From Flavobacteriales bacterium (GTDB lineage Bacteria; Bacteroidota; Bacteroidia; Flavobacteriales_F; PHOS-HE28), in assembly GCA_016699575.1 (NCBI GenBank), contig CP064979.1, positions 2,576,824-2,640,823 on the forward strand: a stretch of 64,000 nucleotides of DNA. The letters run 5' to 3'. The notes below the pieces were generated by a model. That model searched no databases. It had not been told where the DNA came from and saw nothing but the letters and a program-made list of their open reading frames with translations. The position numbers were made by a program, and so were the translations under genes. Positions within the stretch are counted from its first letter, which is position 1. Each line of letters opens with the position of its first letter. Shown here piece after piece: positions 30,893 through 38,537 of the stretch.

Positions 30893-31321
30893 TTGAGTGA
30901 GGACATCAACGTTCTTTGCGCGCGCGGACCAACCCCTCCCCACTGGGACCTTCGCAACGTGGCAGTCCATATCGGCACAGAGCTTCGCAAGAGGCTGGTG
31001 GTAAGCGGCATTCCAGTGACCCGCTTCGCGAAGCGTATCGGTACATCGGCCAAAACGGTGCACGCCCTTTTCAAGCGCCCCAGCATGGACACCATGCTGC
31101 TGAAGAAGTGCTCCGAGGTGCTCAACTTCGACTTCTTCCGGTTGTACAGCGACGAGCTCCGGCCGAAGTTGCGTGACGGTGAAGCTGTATCAGAACCTGC
31201 CGCCCGCTACGGCAAACGGGCGGCGATGGACGAGCTGGAGATCATCATCAGGCCTGGCCAGAACCAGGAGCTCCTTCAATCGCTTATCAAGGCGATGGAA
31301 AAGAAGGACAAGGGCCGTTAG
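30893..31321 (+). CDS. Hypothetical HTH-containing protein
   Basis: LRKRLVVSGIPVTRFAKRIGTSAKTVHALF is XRE-like HTH. The start codon is uncertain (TTG at 30893, and no nearby ATG). Confidence 0.4.
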   Translation: MSEDINVLCARGPTPPHWDLRNVAVHIGTELRKRLVVSGIPVTRFAKRIGTSAKTVHALFKRPSMDTMLLKKCSEVLNFDFFRLYSDELRPKLRDGEAVSEPAARYGKRAAMDELEIIIRPGQNQELLQSLIKAMEKKDKGR

Positions 31322-32343
31322 ATGGTCAGCTCACCGCAAAGCGGTACACCGAAGCGTTCCTGCACAACACGTTCAGCAAGGCCTTGGCCGAAGAGGAACA
31401 TGAGTTTTGTAACGGCTGCTTCGACGGTCATGTCGCTTGCCGGCGTTATGCCCATATCGTTGAACGCCCGACTGGTCTCATAGCGTCCCTGTTCCACGCG
31501 ACCACCGAAGCACTGTGTGGCGTTCACCAGAACGATGCCGCGCGCGCGCGCTTCGCGCAGAGCGTTCAGGAAGTCCTCGTTGCGCGGTCCATTGCCACTG
31601 CCGAAGGTGGTGAGCACGGCCCCGCGCAACCCTGGTGTAGCCAAAGAGTGCCGTACCCATTCGCCGGTGATCCCGGGGAAGAGACGGACGACGCCCACAT
31701 TGGGATCGAGCAGCGGATGCACATCCAACGGGCCAGTGCGCTTCGGTAGCATGGCGGCGAGGTTCCAGCGGATGTGCACGCCGGCCTCGGCCAGCCTCGG
31801 CCAGTTGGGGCTACGGAAGGCCTCGAAGCGTTCGGCATGCGTCTTCACCGCACGGTTGCCGCGGTACAAACTGTATTCGAAGTAGATGGCCACCTCCTGC
31901 AGCGTAGCAACGCCATCGGTGTGCGCCGCGGCGATCTCGATGGCGGTGAGCAGGTTTTCTTTTCCGTCGGTCCGCAGCACGCCCAATGGCAACAAGGCCC
32001 CGGTGAGCACCACGGGTTTCGTCAGGCCTTCAAGGAGATAGCTCAGCGCGCTTGCCGTGTAGGCCATGGTGTCCGTGCCGTGCAGCACTACGTAACCGTC
32101 CTCGTTGGGATGTTGGGCAATGAGCTGTGCGATGCGCACCCAATCGGCGGGCCCCATATCGCTGCTGTCCATTACCGGTTCCAATGATGCAGTGCTAAGC
32201 GCGGCGGGGATGTTGCCCAGTTCCGGCACCAGGTCTTCCAGATGCTCGAGGTCCATGGGTTGCAGAGCCCCTGTGCGCGGGTCTTTCATCATCCCGATGG
32301 TGCCTCCGGTGTAGATCAGCAATACCCTGCGGTGCTTGGCCAT
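31318..32343 (-). CDS. ansA: L-asparaginase, type I
   Basis: VLLIYTGGTIGM is the threonine active-site motif. Confidence 0.9.
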   Translation of the reverse strand: MAKHRRVLLIYTGGTIGMMKDPRTGALQPMDLEHLEDLVPELGNIPAALSTASLEPVMDSSDMGPADWVRIAQLIAQHPNEDGYVVLHGTDTMAYTASALSYLLEGLTKPVVLTGALLPLGVLRTDGKENLLTAIEIAAAHTDGVATLQEVAIYFEYSLYRGNRAVKTHAERFEAFRSPNWPRLAEAGVHIRWNLAAMLPKRTGPLDVHPLLDPNVGVVRLFPGITGEWVRHSLATPGLRGAVLTTFGSGNGPRNEDFLNALREARARGIVLVNATQCFGGRVEQGRYETSRAFNDMGITPASDMTVEAAVTKLMFLFGQGLAERVVQERFGVPLCGELTI

Positions 32344-33107
32344 CAGCTGAAGAGTTGTTGTGCGTTGCGCGTGGTGGTGCGGGCAATGTCGTCGAGCGAC
32401 AGGCCCGTTGCCGTGGCCAAAGCCTGCGCGATGAACGGGATGTAACTGCTCTCGTTGCGCTTGCCGCGGTGCGGGACCGGGGAGAGGTACGGTGCGTCGG
32501 TCTCAAGAACGCAACGGTCGGCGCCCACCTCGGCAATGGTCTGTGCCAAACCACTTTTGGGATAGGTGATCACTCCACCAATGCCGAGGTAGAATCCATC
32601 GAGCGCGAGAATGCGACGTGCCTCGTCGGCGCTGCCGGTAAAACAATGGAACACGCCACGCAGCTCCGGTGTCTTCTCTTCTTCCACGATGGCAACGGTC
32701 TCCGCGAAGCTCTCGCGGCAGTGGATGGCGATGGGCAGCTTCTTCTCCTTGGCCCAACGGATCTGCTGGCGGAAAGCCAACTGCTGCTGCGGAAGGTTGC
32801 TCTTGTCCCAGTACAGGTCGATGCCGATCTCGCCGACGGCTGCATAGCGACGCTCGCTGAGCAAGCGCTCAACATTGGCCAGTTCCTGCGAGGGGTCCAC
32901 ACCCACATGGCACGGATGAAGGCCCATCATGGGGAAACACGCGTCCGGGTACGCAGCGCACAGATCGTGCATCGGCCCCACGCTTGCCATGTCGATGTTC
33001 GGCAAGTAGAGCTTCGTGACACCGGCATCCAGGGCGCGCTGCACCATGGCTACGCGGTCCTCAGCGAACCTGTCCGCGTACAGGTGGGCATGGGTGTCGA
33101 CGAACAT
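32343..33107 (-). CDS. tatD: TatD-family metal-dependent hydrolase
   Basis: MFVDTHAHLY...VGEIGIDLYW...IHCRESF...LETDAPYL are TatD motifs. The ATG at 33107 was verified. Confidence 0.9.
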   Translation of the reverse strand: MFVDTHAHLYADRFAEDRVAMVQRALDAGVTKLYLPNIDMASVGPMHDLCAAYPDACFPMMGLHPCHVGVDPSQELANVERLLSERRYAAVGEIGIDLYWDKSNLPQQQLAFRQQIRWAKEKKLPIAIHCRESFAETVAIVEEEKTPELRGVFHCFTGSADEARRILALDGFYLGIGGVITYPKSGLAQTIAEVGADRCVLETDAPYLSPVPHRGKRNESSYIPFIAQALATATGLSLDDIARTTTRNAQQLFS

Positions 33108-33130
33108 GGTGCGAAGAAAGGCCATGAGGA

Positions 33131-33239
33131 CATGTGACCATGGGCCCATGTGGCCATGTGACCGTGCGGAAGCTGCACGGCGCGCGATCCTACATTCGCC
33201 CCCTATGAGCGCATGTCCACATGGGCCCATGGGCACATG
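33131..33239. promoter_or_regulatory. Two inverted copies of 16-mer CCATGGGCCCATGTGG in the tatD/heptosyltransferase divergent intergenic region
   Basis: Each copy contains the perfect palindrome CATGGGCCCATG. Copy 1 is at 33138-33153. Copy 2 (reverse complement) is at 33216-33232. Copy 2 is embedded in the 28-bp near-palindrome catgtccacatgggcccatgggcacatg, which ends in the heptosyltransferase ATG. A 6-bp-stem hairpin lies between the copies at 33162-33180. Confidence 0.5.
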
Positions 33240-34214
33240 AAAGTCCTCATCATCCGCTTCTCGTCCATTGGCGACATCGTGCTCACCTCGCCTGTGGTCC
33301 GTTGCCTGAAGCTGCAGCGTCCGGATGCCGAGATCCACTTCCTGACCAAACGTGTTTTCGCCGATCTGGTTCAGCACTCGCCGCACATCGCCAAGGTGCA
33401 TCTGTTGGATGATGGGCTCGGTTCGATCCTTCCCGTGCTGAAGAATGAGCGTTTCGATGCGGTTGTGGACCTGCACAACAACCTGCGGACCTGGCGGGTG
33501 AAGCGTGCGCTTGGTTTGCCCTCCCACAGCTTCCCGAAACTGAACTGGGAGAAGTGGTTGATGGTGAATCTCAAGGCCGACCGGCTGCCGAAGGAGCACA
33601 TCGTGGACCGTTACTTGAGAACGGTGAACGGCCTCGGGGTCAAGAACGACGGTATGGGCTTGGACTTCTTCGTTCCTGCCAACAGCGAGGTGCCGCTCAC
33701 AGCATTCCCAGAGCCGCACAGGAATGGCTACACGGCACTATGCATCGGTGGTGGTCATGCCACCAAGCGCCTGCCGCCGCACAAACTGCTGGCACTGGCC
33801 AGGGAAGTGCAGGGTCCCATCGTCATCATCGGTGGGAACGAGGACAGCGCCACTGCGCAACGCATTTCCACGGAGATCGGACCGCGCGTGTTCGATGCAA
33901 CCGGCCAGTTCGACCTCTTGGGCAGTGCCTCGCTCATCCGTCAGGCGCGCAGTGTTGTTGCTCACGATAGCGGTGCAATGCATGTGGCGGCAGCGTTCAA
34001 CAAACCACTGGTGAGCGTGTGGGGCAACACGGTGCCGCACTTCGGTATGGGGCCATACATGCCGCAGCACAAGGAGCGCGCCCATGTGGTGGAAGTCATG
34101 GGCCTGGGGTGCAGACCGTGCAGCAAGCTCGGCTACGACAAATGCCCCAAGGGCCACTTCCACTGCATGGAGAAACAGGACATTGGACGCATTGCACAAT
34201 TGGTCAACCAATGA
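33237..34214 (+). CDS. Glycosyltransferase family 9 (LPS heptosyltransferase-like)
   Basis: MKVLIIRFSSIGDIVLTSPVVRCLK... is the GT9 N-terminus. The C-terminal GGNEDSA...VAHDSGAMHVAAAF motif is present. Confidence 0.85.
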   Translation: MKVLIIRFSSIGDIVLTSPVVRCLKLQRPDAEIHFLTKRVFADLVQHSPHIAKVHLLDDGLGSILPVLKNERFDAVVDLHNNLRTWRVKRALGLPSHSFPKLNWEKWLMVNLKADRLPKEHIVDRYLRTVNGLGVKNDGMGLDFFVPANSEVPLTAFPEPHRNGYTALCIGGGHATKRLPPHKLLALAREVQGPIVIIGGNEDSATAQRISTEIGPRVFDATGQFDLLGSASLIRQARSVVAHDSGAMHVAAAFNKPLVSVWGNTVPHFGMGPYMPQHKERAHVVEVMGLGCRPCSKLGYDKCPKGHFHCMEKQDIGRIAQLVNQ

Positions 34215-34570
34215 GCTGGGACATCTACATCCAGGACCTGCCGCCTGTAAAGAGCGTGCGTGACCTTCCGGCGGACTTCCAGCTGAAGCCGATCGGAACC
34301 CGGGCTGAGCTCGAAGACAAGATCACCGCAGCGGTCGGGCACGCGGAGAAGCAAGATGGATGGCTCTTTGTGCAAGGCAGCGGCATCGACCTGAGCATTT
34401 CGTTCCAGATGGAAACGCCCGAGCTGGTGCGCTACATCACTGTGCATGTGCACGGCGGCGAGCAGAGCGCGGCCTGCGTGGCAGCCATCGTGAAACAGCT
34501 TGGCTTGCGTGCCCTGGACACGGCCACAGGCGAGTTCCTCGACACGGACGCGTTGGACGAGAGCTTGTAG
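34211..34570 (+). CDS. Hypothetical protein (119 aa), translationally coupled to the heptosyltransferase
   Basis: ATGA overlap. Confidence 0.5.
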   Translation: MSWDIYIQDLPPVKSVRDLPADFQLKPIGTRAELEDKITAAVGHAEKQDGWLFVQGSGIDLSISFQMETPELVRYITVHVHGGEQSAACVAAIVKQLGLRALDTATGEFLDTDALDESL

Positions 34571-34573
34571 CTA

Positions 34574-35092
34574 CTACTCGAACAACGCCTTCAGCTCCGT
34601 CGCTTCCTCGGGCTTCATCTTGCCACTGAGGATGAGCCTTAGCTGGCGGCGGCGCAGGGCACCGTCGTAGCGCTTTTGTTCTTCTTCGTTGGTGGGTTCA
34701 ACGGGCGGCACCGTCGCGGTATGTCCGCCATGGTCCACGGCCACGAACGTGTAGATGGCGCTGTTGCACTTGATGCGCTCGCTGGTCAGCTGGTCTTCCA
34801 CCCACACGTCGGCCCATACTTCCATGCTGGTGCCGAACGCACGGCTCACGTGGCTCTTGATGGTGACGAAATCGCCGAGCTTGATGGGCCGGTCGAAGCT
34901 CACGTGGTTCACGGCCACGGTGACCACCACGCGTTTGCAATGCCGGTGGGCGCTGATGGCGCACGAGATGTCCAGCCATTCCAGCAGACGCCCGCCGAAC
35001 AGATTGCCCAAGGTGTTGGTGTCGTTGGGCAGCACCAGGTTGGTGGTCTCCGCGTAGCTGTCCGTGGCCGGTCGGGCGCTCTTCATGTTCAT
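34574..35092 (-). CDS. Acyl-CoA thioesterase (hotdog fold, YciA-like)
   Basis: ...LPNDTNTLGNLFGGRLLEWLD... is a hotdog thioesterase motif. Confidence 0.85.
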   Translation of the reverse strand: MNMKSARPATDSYAETTNLVLPNDTNTLGNLFGGRLLEWLDISCAISAHRHCKRVVVTVAVNHVSFDRPIKLGDFVTIKSHVSRAFGTSMEVWADVWVEDQLTSERIKCNSAIYTFVAVDHGGHTATVPPVEPTNEEEQKRYDGALRRRQLRLILSGKMKPEEATELKALFE

Positions 35093-35187
35093 GGCGCAAA
35101 GGTGCGCAGGTCCTGTGCAGCGCTCCGTGGGCGCATCAACTCTTTTCAACCGTTCGGCGGGCCGCAAGCACGGGCTACCTTCGGAGC

Positions 35188-35742
35188 ATGTTCAGCTACG
35201 AGGGCCAGCACGTGCTCCATGTGTTCTTCACGGTGGGCTATTTCGCAGGCACGTTCAGCACACTGTGGATGATAGCCCAGCTGAAGGAGGCGGAGCGCAA
35301 GTTCGATCCCGACCGGGGCATCATCACGGCCCAGCTCTCTCGTATGATGCGGCGCACATGGCTGCACATCGCATGGCCATCGCTCATCGGCATGCTGCTG
35401 ATGGGTGTTCTGCTGATCGCGAAGAACAGTGGGCTCTTCATGGAACCGTGGATGTACACGAAGACCGGGCTTGTCGCCCTGCTCATCGTGCATCACAGTG
35501 TCACTCATGGGCTGTGGGCGAAGGCGCGAGCTGGCGAACTGCGTTGGAAGAGTATCACCGTTCGCTTGTGGAACGCGTTGGCGATGTTGCTCTTGTTCGC
35601 GCTGATCTATGTGGTCGTTCGTCGCGGCGAGCTGGGCACGCTGTGGGGCGTGCTGGGAGGCGTGATGCTCGCGACCGCCGTGTTCCTGCTGGTGCGCAAG
35701 CTCCGCAACGGGAAAAGCGCGGACGGTGAAAAGGCAGCCTAG
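35188..35742 (+). CDS. CopD/UPF0093-family membrane protein, possible HemJ protoporphyrinogen oxidase
   Basis: N-terminal ...HVLHVFFTVGYFAGTFSTLW... resembles the HemJ WxKAxHxxxVxxWFAGLFYL motif. There are four TM segments. Confidence 0.5.
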   Translation: MFSYEGQHVLHVFFTVGYFAGTFSTLWMIAQLKEAERKFDPDRGIITAQLSRMMRRTWLHIAWPSLIGMLLMGVLLIAKNSGLFMEPWMYTKTGLVALLIVHHSVTHGLWAKARAGELRWKSITVRLWNALAMLLLFALIYVVVRRGELGTLWGVLGGVMLATAVFLLVRKLRNGKSADGEKAA

Positions 35743-36134
35743 GCCGAACCCACCAAGTGCCGCTGCTGATCCAGCCAGGTGAGTGCGCTGTCCATGTCGC
35801 CGAACAGCTGGATGGGCCGTTGGGGCTTGTTGTAACGCACGAACACATTGGCCGTGAGCTGGTGCCCGAAGTCCCGCACCACGATGGCGTCCGCTGCGAT
35901 GTACTTGGATGACTCCGGTGATGAGGCGTACTGGCGGGCTTCGTTGCTGAGCGTGCTGCCCACGCCCACGCTCACCACCAGCAGCACCTTGCGGCCATTG
36001 CGGCCCTCGGCAGCGGCCTCGAACATCGCTTGCACTTCCTCGGGGCTCACCGTGTGACCGTCCTTGAAGTGCGCGTGCACAACATCGTCTTCGATGAAGG
36101 TCAGCGTGCAGACGTCGAGTTCGATGGAGCGCAA
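35739..36134 (-). CDS. Hypothetical protein (131 aa)
   Basis: ORF with a TTG start. No family assigned. Confidence 0.4.
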   Translation of the reverse strand: MRSIELDVCTLTFIEDDVVHAHFKDGHTVSPEEVQAMFEAAAEGRNGRKVLLVVSVGVGSTLSNEARQYASSPESSKYIAADAIVVRDFGHQLTANVFVRYNKPQRPIQLFGDMDSALTWLDQQRHLVGSA

Positions 36135-36164
36135 GGGAAGTGCGAAAGGGGCGCAAATCTATGC

Positions 36165-36180
36165 GGACGGTGCACCGTCC
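36165..36180 (-). terminator. Perfect 16-bp palindrome ggacggtgcaccgtcc downstream of the SPOR gene (possible terminator)
   Basis: A self-complementary 16-mer followed on the minus strand by gcatagattt (a weak U-tract). Confidence 0.35.
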
Positions 36181-36189
36181 GTCACGCTC

Positions 36190-37236
36190 TTATTTGTGCA
36201 GGATCCAAGCCCCGGGGGCTTCCTCTTTGCGAGCGGCGACCAAAGCCTCCACGGCGATGCGCTCGTCGGCAAAGCTGCCGATGGCCACGCGCCACAAGCC
36301 CCGGTGCTGGTCGATGATGCCGGCATCGAACCCGCGTCCGCGCAGCCCGGCAACCAGGTTGTCGGCATTGCCCCGCACTGAGAAACAGCCCGCCATCACA
36401 TGGTAAAGACCCTTGGCGCGCGGCGTAACGGGTGTCACGGCCACATGCGTGGTGTCCGGGAGAACGATCGGGGCCACCACCAGCTCCACACCGGGTTCCA
36501 CATCCACCGTCACTGCTGAATCAAGCGTCTCGGGAAGGCTGAAGTTCTCGTCTCCCGATTCCTCCACGATCACAGGTGTTGTACCCCGCTGCACATAACC
36601 GGGTGCTTCACGCTGCAGCCAGCTTGCCCACCCGCCTAATTGCTCGTTGCCGGTGGTGGGGGTGAGCACGAACGTGGCCACCGCCACCAGCACGGCTGCA
36701 GCCGCGGAAGCAGCCCACAGCAGCGGACGGTTGCGCGATGCGGAAGTGCCTTCGTCGGCCAGGACGGGCTCCAGCTTCCTCACCACCGCCTCTTTCAACG
36801 TCTCCACCACCACCGGCTTGGCGATCGGCGATGCCGCCACGGCCCGCAACCCGAACGCATCCTTCAGAAAGTTGGCGTGCGGGTCCGGTTCAAAGCGGAG
36901 GTTCCGGGCGGTATCGGTCCAGAAGGTGCCCACGCCGGAGACTTCCACGCGGCCGCCATGGCCCAGCGTGCGCTGCCACTGTTCCACTTGTTGGGCCACT
37001 TGGGTACGTGCTTGCTCGAAGCGCACATCGTCCTGCTTGGCCACCGAGTCCACCAACAGCCCGTCGTTGCGGGTCAACTGCTTGTTGAACCCCACTTCCT
37101 TGCTGGGCGGATGCACCAGTCGGCGTGCTTCGTCGATGCGGGCACCCTTGTACTGCACCAGGAACCCGCCGAACTCGGGCACGATCACGCAATCGTGGTC
37201 GAAGAGCAGTTCGCGGATGCGCTGGTCGATGGACAT
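36190..37236 (-). CDS. SPOR-domain protein with N-terminal HU-CCDC81-like domain
   Basis: N-terminal MSIDQRIRELLFDHDCVIVPEFGGF. The C-terminal ...YHVMAGCFSVRGNADNLVAGLRGRGFDAGII..WRVAIGSF is a SPOR repeat. There is one TM helix. Confidence 0.75.
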   Translation of the reverse strand: MSIDQRIRELLFDHDCVIVPEFGGFLVQYKGARIDEARRLVHPPSKEVGFNKQLTRNDGLLVDSVAKQDDVRFEQARTQVAQQVEQWQRTLGHGGRVEVSGVGTFWTDTARNLRFEPDPHANFLKDAFGLRAVAASPIAKPVVVETLKEAVVRKLEPVLADEGTSASRNRPLLWAASAAAAVLVAVATFVLTPTTGNEQLGGWASWLQREAPGYVQRGTTPVIVEESGDENFSLPETLDSAVTVDVEPGVELVVAPIVLPDTTHVAVTPVTPRAKGLYHVMAGCFSVRGNADNLVAGLRGRGFDAGIIDQHRGLWRVAIGSFADERIAVEALVAARKEEAPGAWILHK

Positions 37237-37405
37237 GGCGCGGCGAACTTAGTGAGCCACCCGCCGCCGTGCTATCTCTTCCGTCGTGGTGAAGTTGGAT
37301 GGAGACTGGTCTGGCATTGCGTAAACCGATCTGTCACCCTGAGCCCGTCGAAGGGCGACTCCAAGTCTTATTGAGCCCAAGGCGGGCTATTCTGTCAAAG
37401 CAGGA

Positions 37406-37744
37406 CTAGATGTCACCTTTATGAAGCGGTGGGAAGACCCGTCTGCTGTAAGCCAAGGAGTTGAGGGAAAGAGATCTCAGGTCACCGGCTATCAATGCCT
37501 CTTTCTTCCTCCGGGACCATCCTTTCAGCTGCTTCTCGCGGGCCAGCGCTTGTTCGACCCGGTTGAACCATTCGTAATGGGCAAGCTCTACGGGCCTTCG
37601 GGAAAACGTGAAACAGCCGCGGTCAACGCCTTCAAAATGTTCCAACATGCGCCGTTCCAGATCATTTGTCACACCAGTGTAGTAACTGCCGTCCGCGCAT
37701 CGGAGGATGTAAACGAAGTAGTTGTGGAAACGGGTGGAGGGCAT
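37406..37744 (-). CDS. GIY-YIG nuclease-family small protein (UPF0213/YhbQ-like)
   Basis: YFVYILRCADGSYYTGVTNDLERRMLEH is the GIY-YIG motif. 112 aa. Confidence 0.8.
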   Translation of the reverse strand: MPSTRFHNYFVYILRCADGSYYTGVTNDLERRMLEHFEGVDRGCFTFSRRPVELAHYEWFNRVEQALAREKQLKGWSRRKKEALIAGDLRSLSLNSLAYSRRVFPPLHKGDI

Positions 37745-37784
37745 TGTTCGGGCATCTGGTTCCGCCGGTCATGGTTCGACGGGC

Positions 37785-38531
37785 TCACCATGACAGAACC
37801 CGCCGCCGTGCCTCTTCCAGGTCGGCCGGGGTGTCCACGCAGAAGGACGGATGCTCCGTAAGCCCCACCCGGATGCGGAGCCCAGCCTCCAGCCATCGCA
37901 GTTGTTCCAAGGACTCGGCCCGTTCCAGTGGCGAGGGTTCCAACTGGACAACCCGCGCCAGAGCTTCCGTCCGGTAGGCATAAAGACCCACGTGCTTCAA
38001 GTATCTGAACTGCTGGTGGCGGGGACGATGGTCCGGGTTGCGCAGGTAGGGGATGGGCGCCCGGGAGAACAGTACGGCGTTCATCGCATGATCCACGACC
38101 ACCTTGGCTTCACCGGGATCGTCGATCTCGCGGTCGTCGCTGATCACTTGCACCAACGTGGCGATGTCCACAGCGGTGCCGTTCAGCACGGCAGCCACTT
38201 CACCGATCTGTTCAGGGGCCACGAACGGTTCATCGCCCTGGATGTTCACCACGCCATCAAAGCGGCCACCGGCCAAGAGCAGGGCTTCGTGGCAGCGATC
38301 CGTTCCGCTCGGATGGTCGGTGCGTGTCATCACGGCCTCCCCACCGAACACGCGCACATGGTCCATAATGCGCTCATCATCCGTGGCCACCACCACGCGC
38401 GAAAGCGCATTTGATGCCTGTGCCTGTTCCCACACCCGCTGCACCATGCTCTTGCCACCGATGTCCACCAGTGGTTTGCCGGGCAAGCGGCTGCTGCCGT
38501 ATCGGGCGGGAATGATGCCGAGCAGATCCAT
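37785..38531 (-). CDS. kdsB: 3-deoxy-manno-octulosonate cytidylyltransferase (CMP-KDO synthetase)
   Basis: MDLLGIIPARYGSSRLPGKPL is canonical KdsB. Confidence 0.9.
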   Translation of the reverse strand: MDLLGIIPARYGSSRLPGKPLVDIGGKSMVQRVWEQAQASNALSRVVVATDDERIMDHVRVFGGEAVMTRTDHPSGTDRCHEALLLAGGRFDGVVNIQGDEPFVAPEQIGEVAAVLNGTAVDIATLVQVISDDREIDDPGEAKVVVDHAMNAVLFSRAPIPYLRNPDHRPRHQQFRYLKHVGLYAYRTEALARVVQLEPSPLERAESLEQLRWLEAGLRIRVGLTEHPSFCVDTPADLEEARRRVLSW

Positions 38532-38537
38532 CGGCGA

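Noticed and set aside
33108-33719. Track extension of tatD to 458 aa
   Set aside because: TatD homology begins at MFVDTHAHLY (33107). The upstream part runs through the palindromic promoter region and is antisense to the heptosyltransferase gene.
37258-37744. GIY-YIG gene as a homing endonuclease or mobile intron
   Set aside because: It is a 112-aa stand-alone UPF0213-type GIY-YIG protein without a DNA-binding extension. It has no flanking repeats and is not inserted in another gene. The short hairpins upstream (gcccgtcgaagggc, agcccaaggcgggct) are unremarkable.
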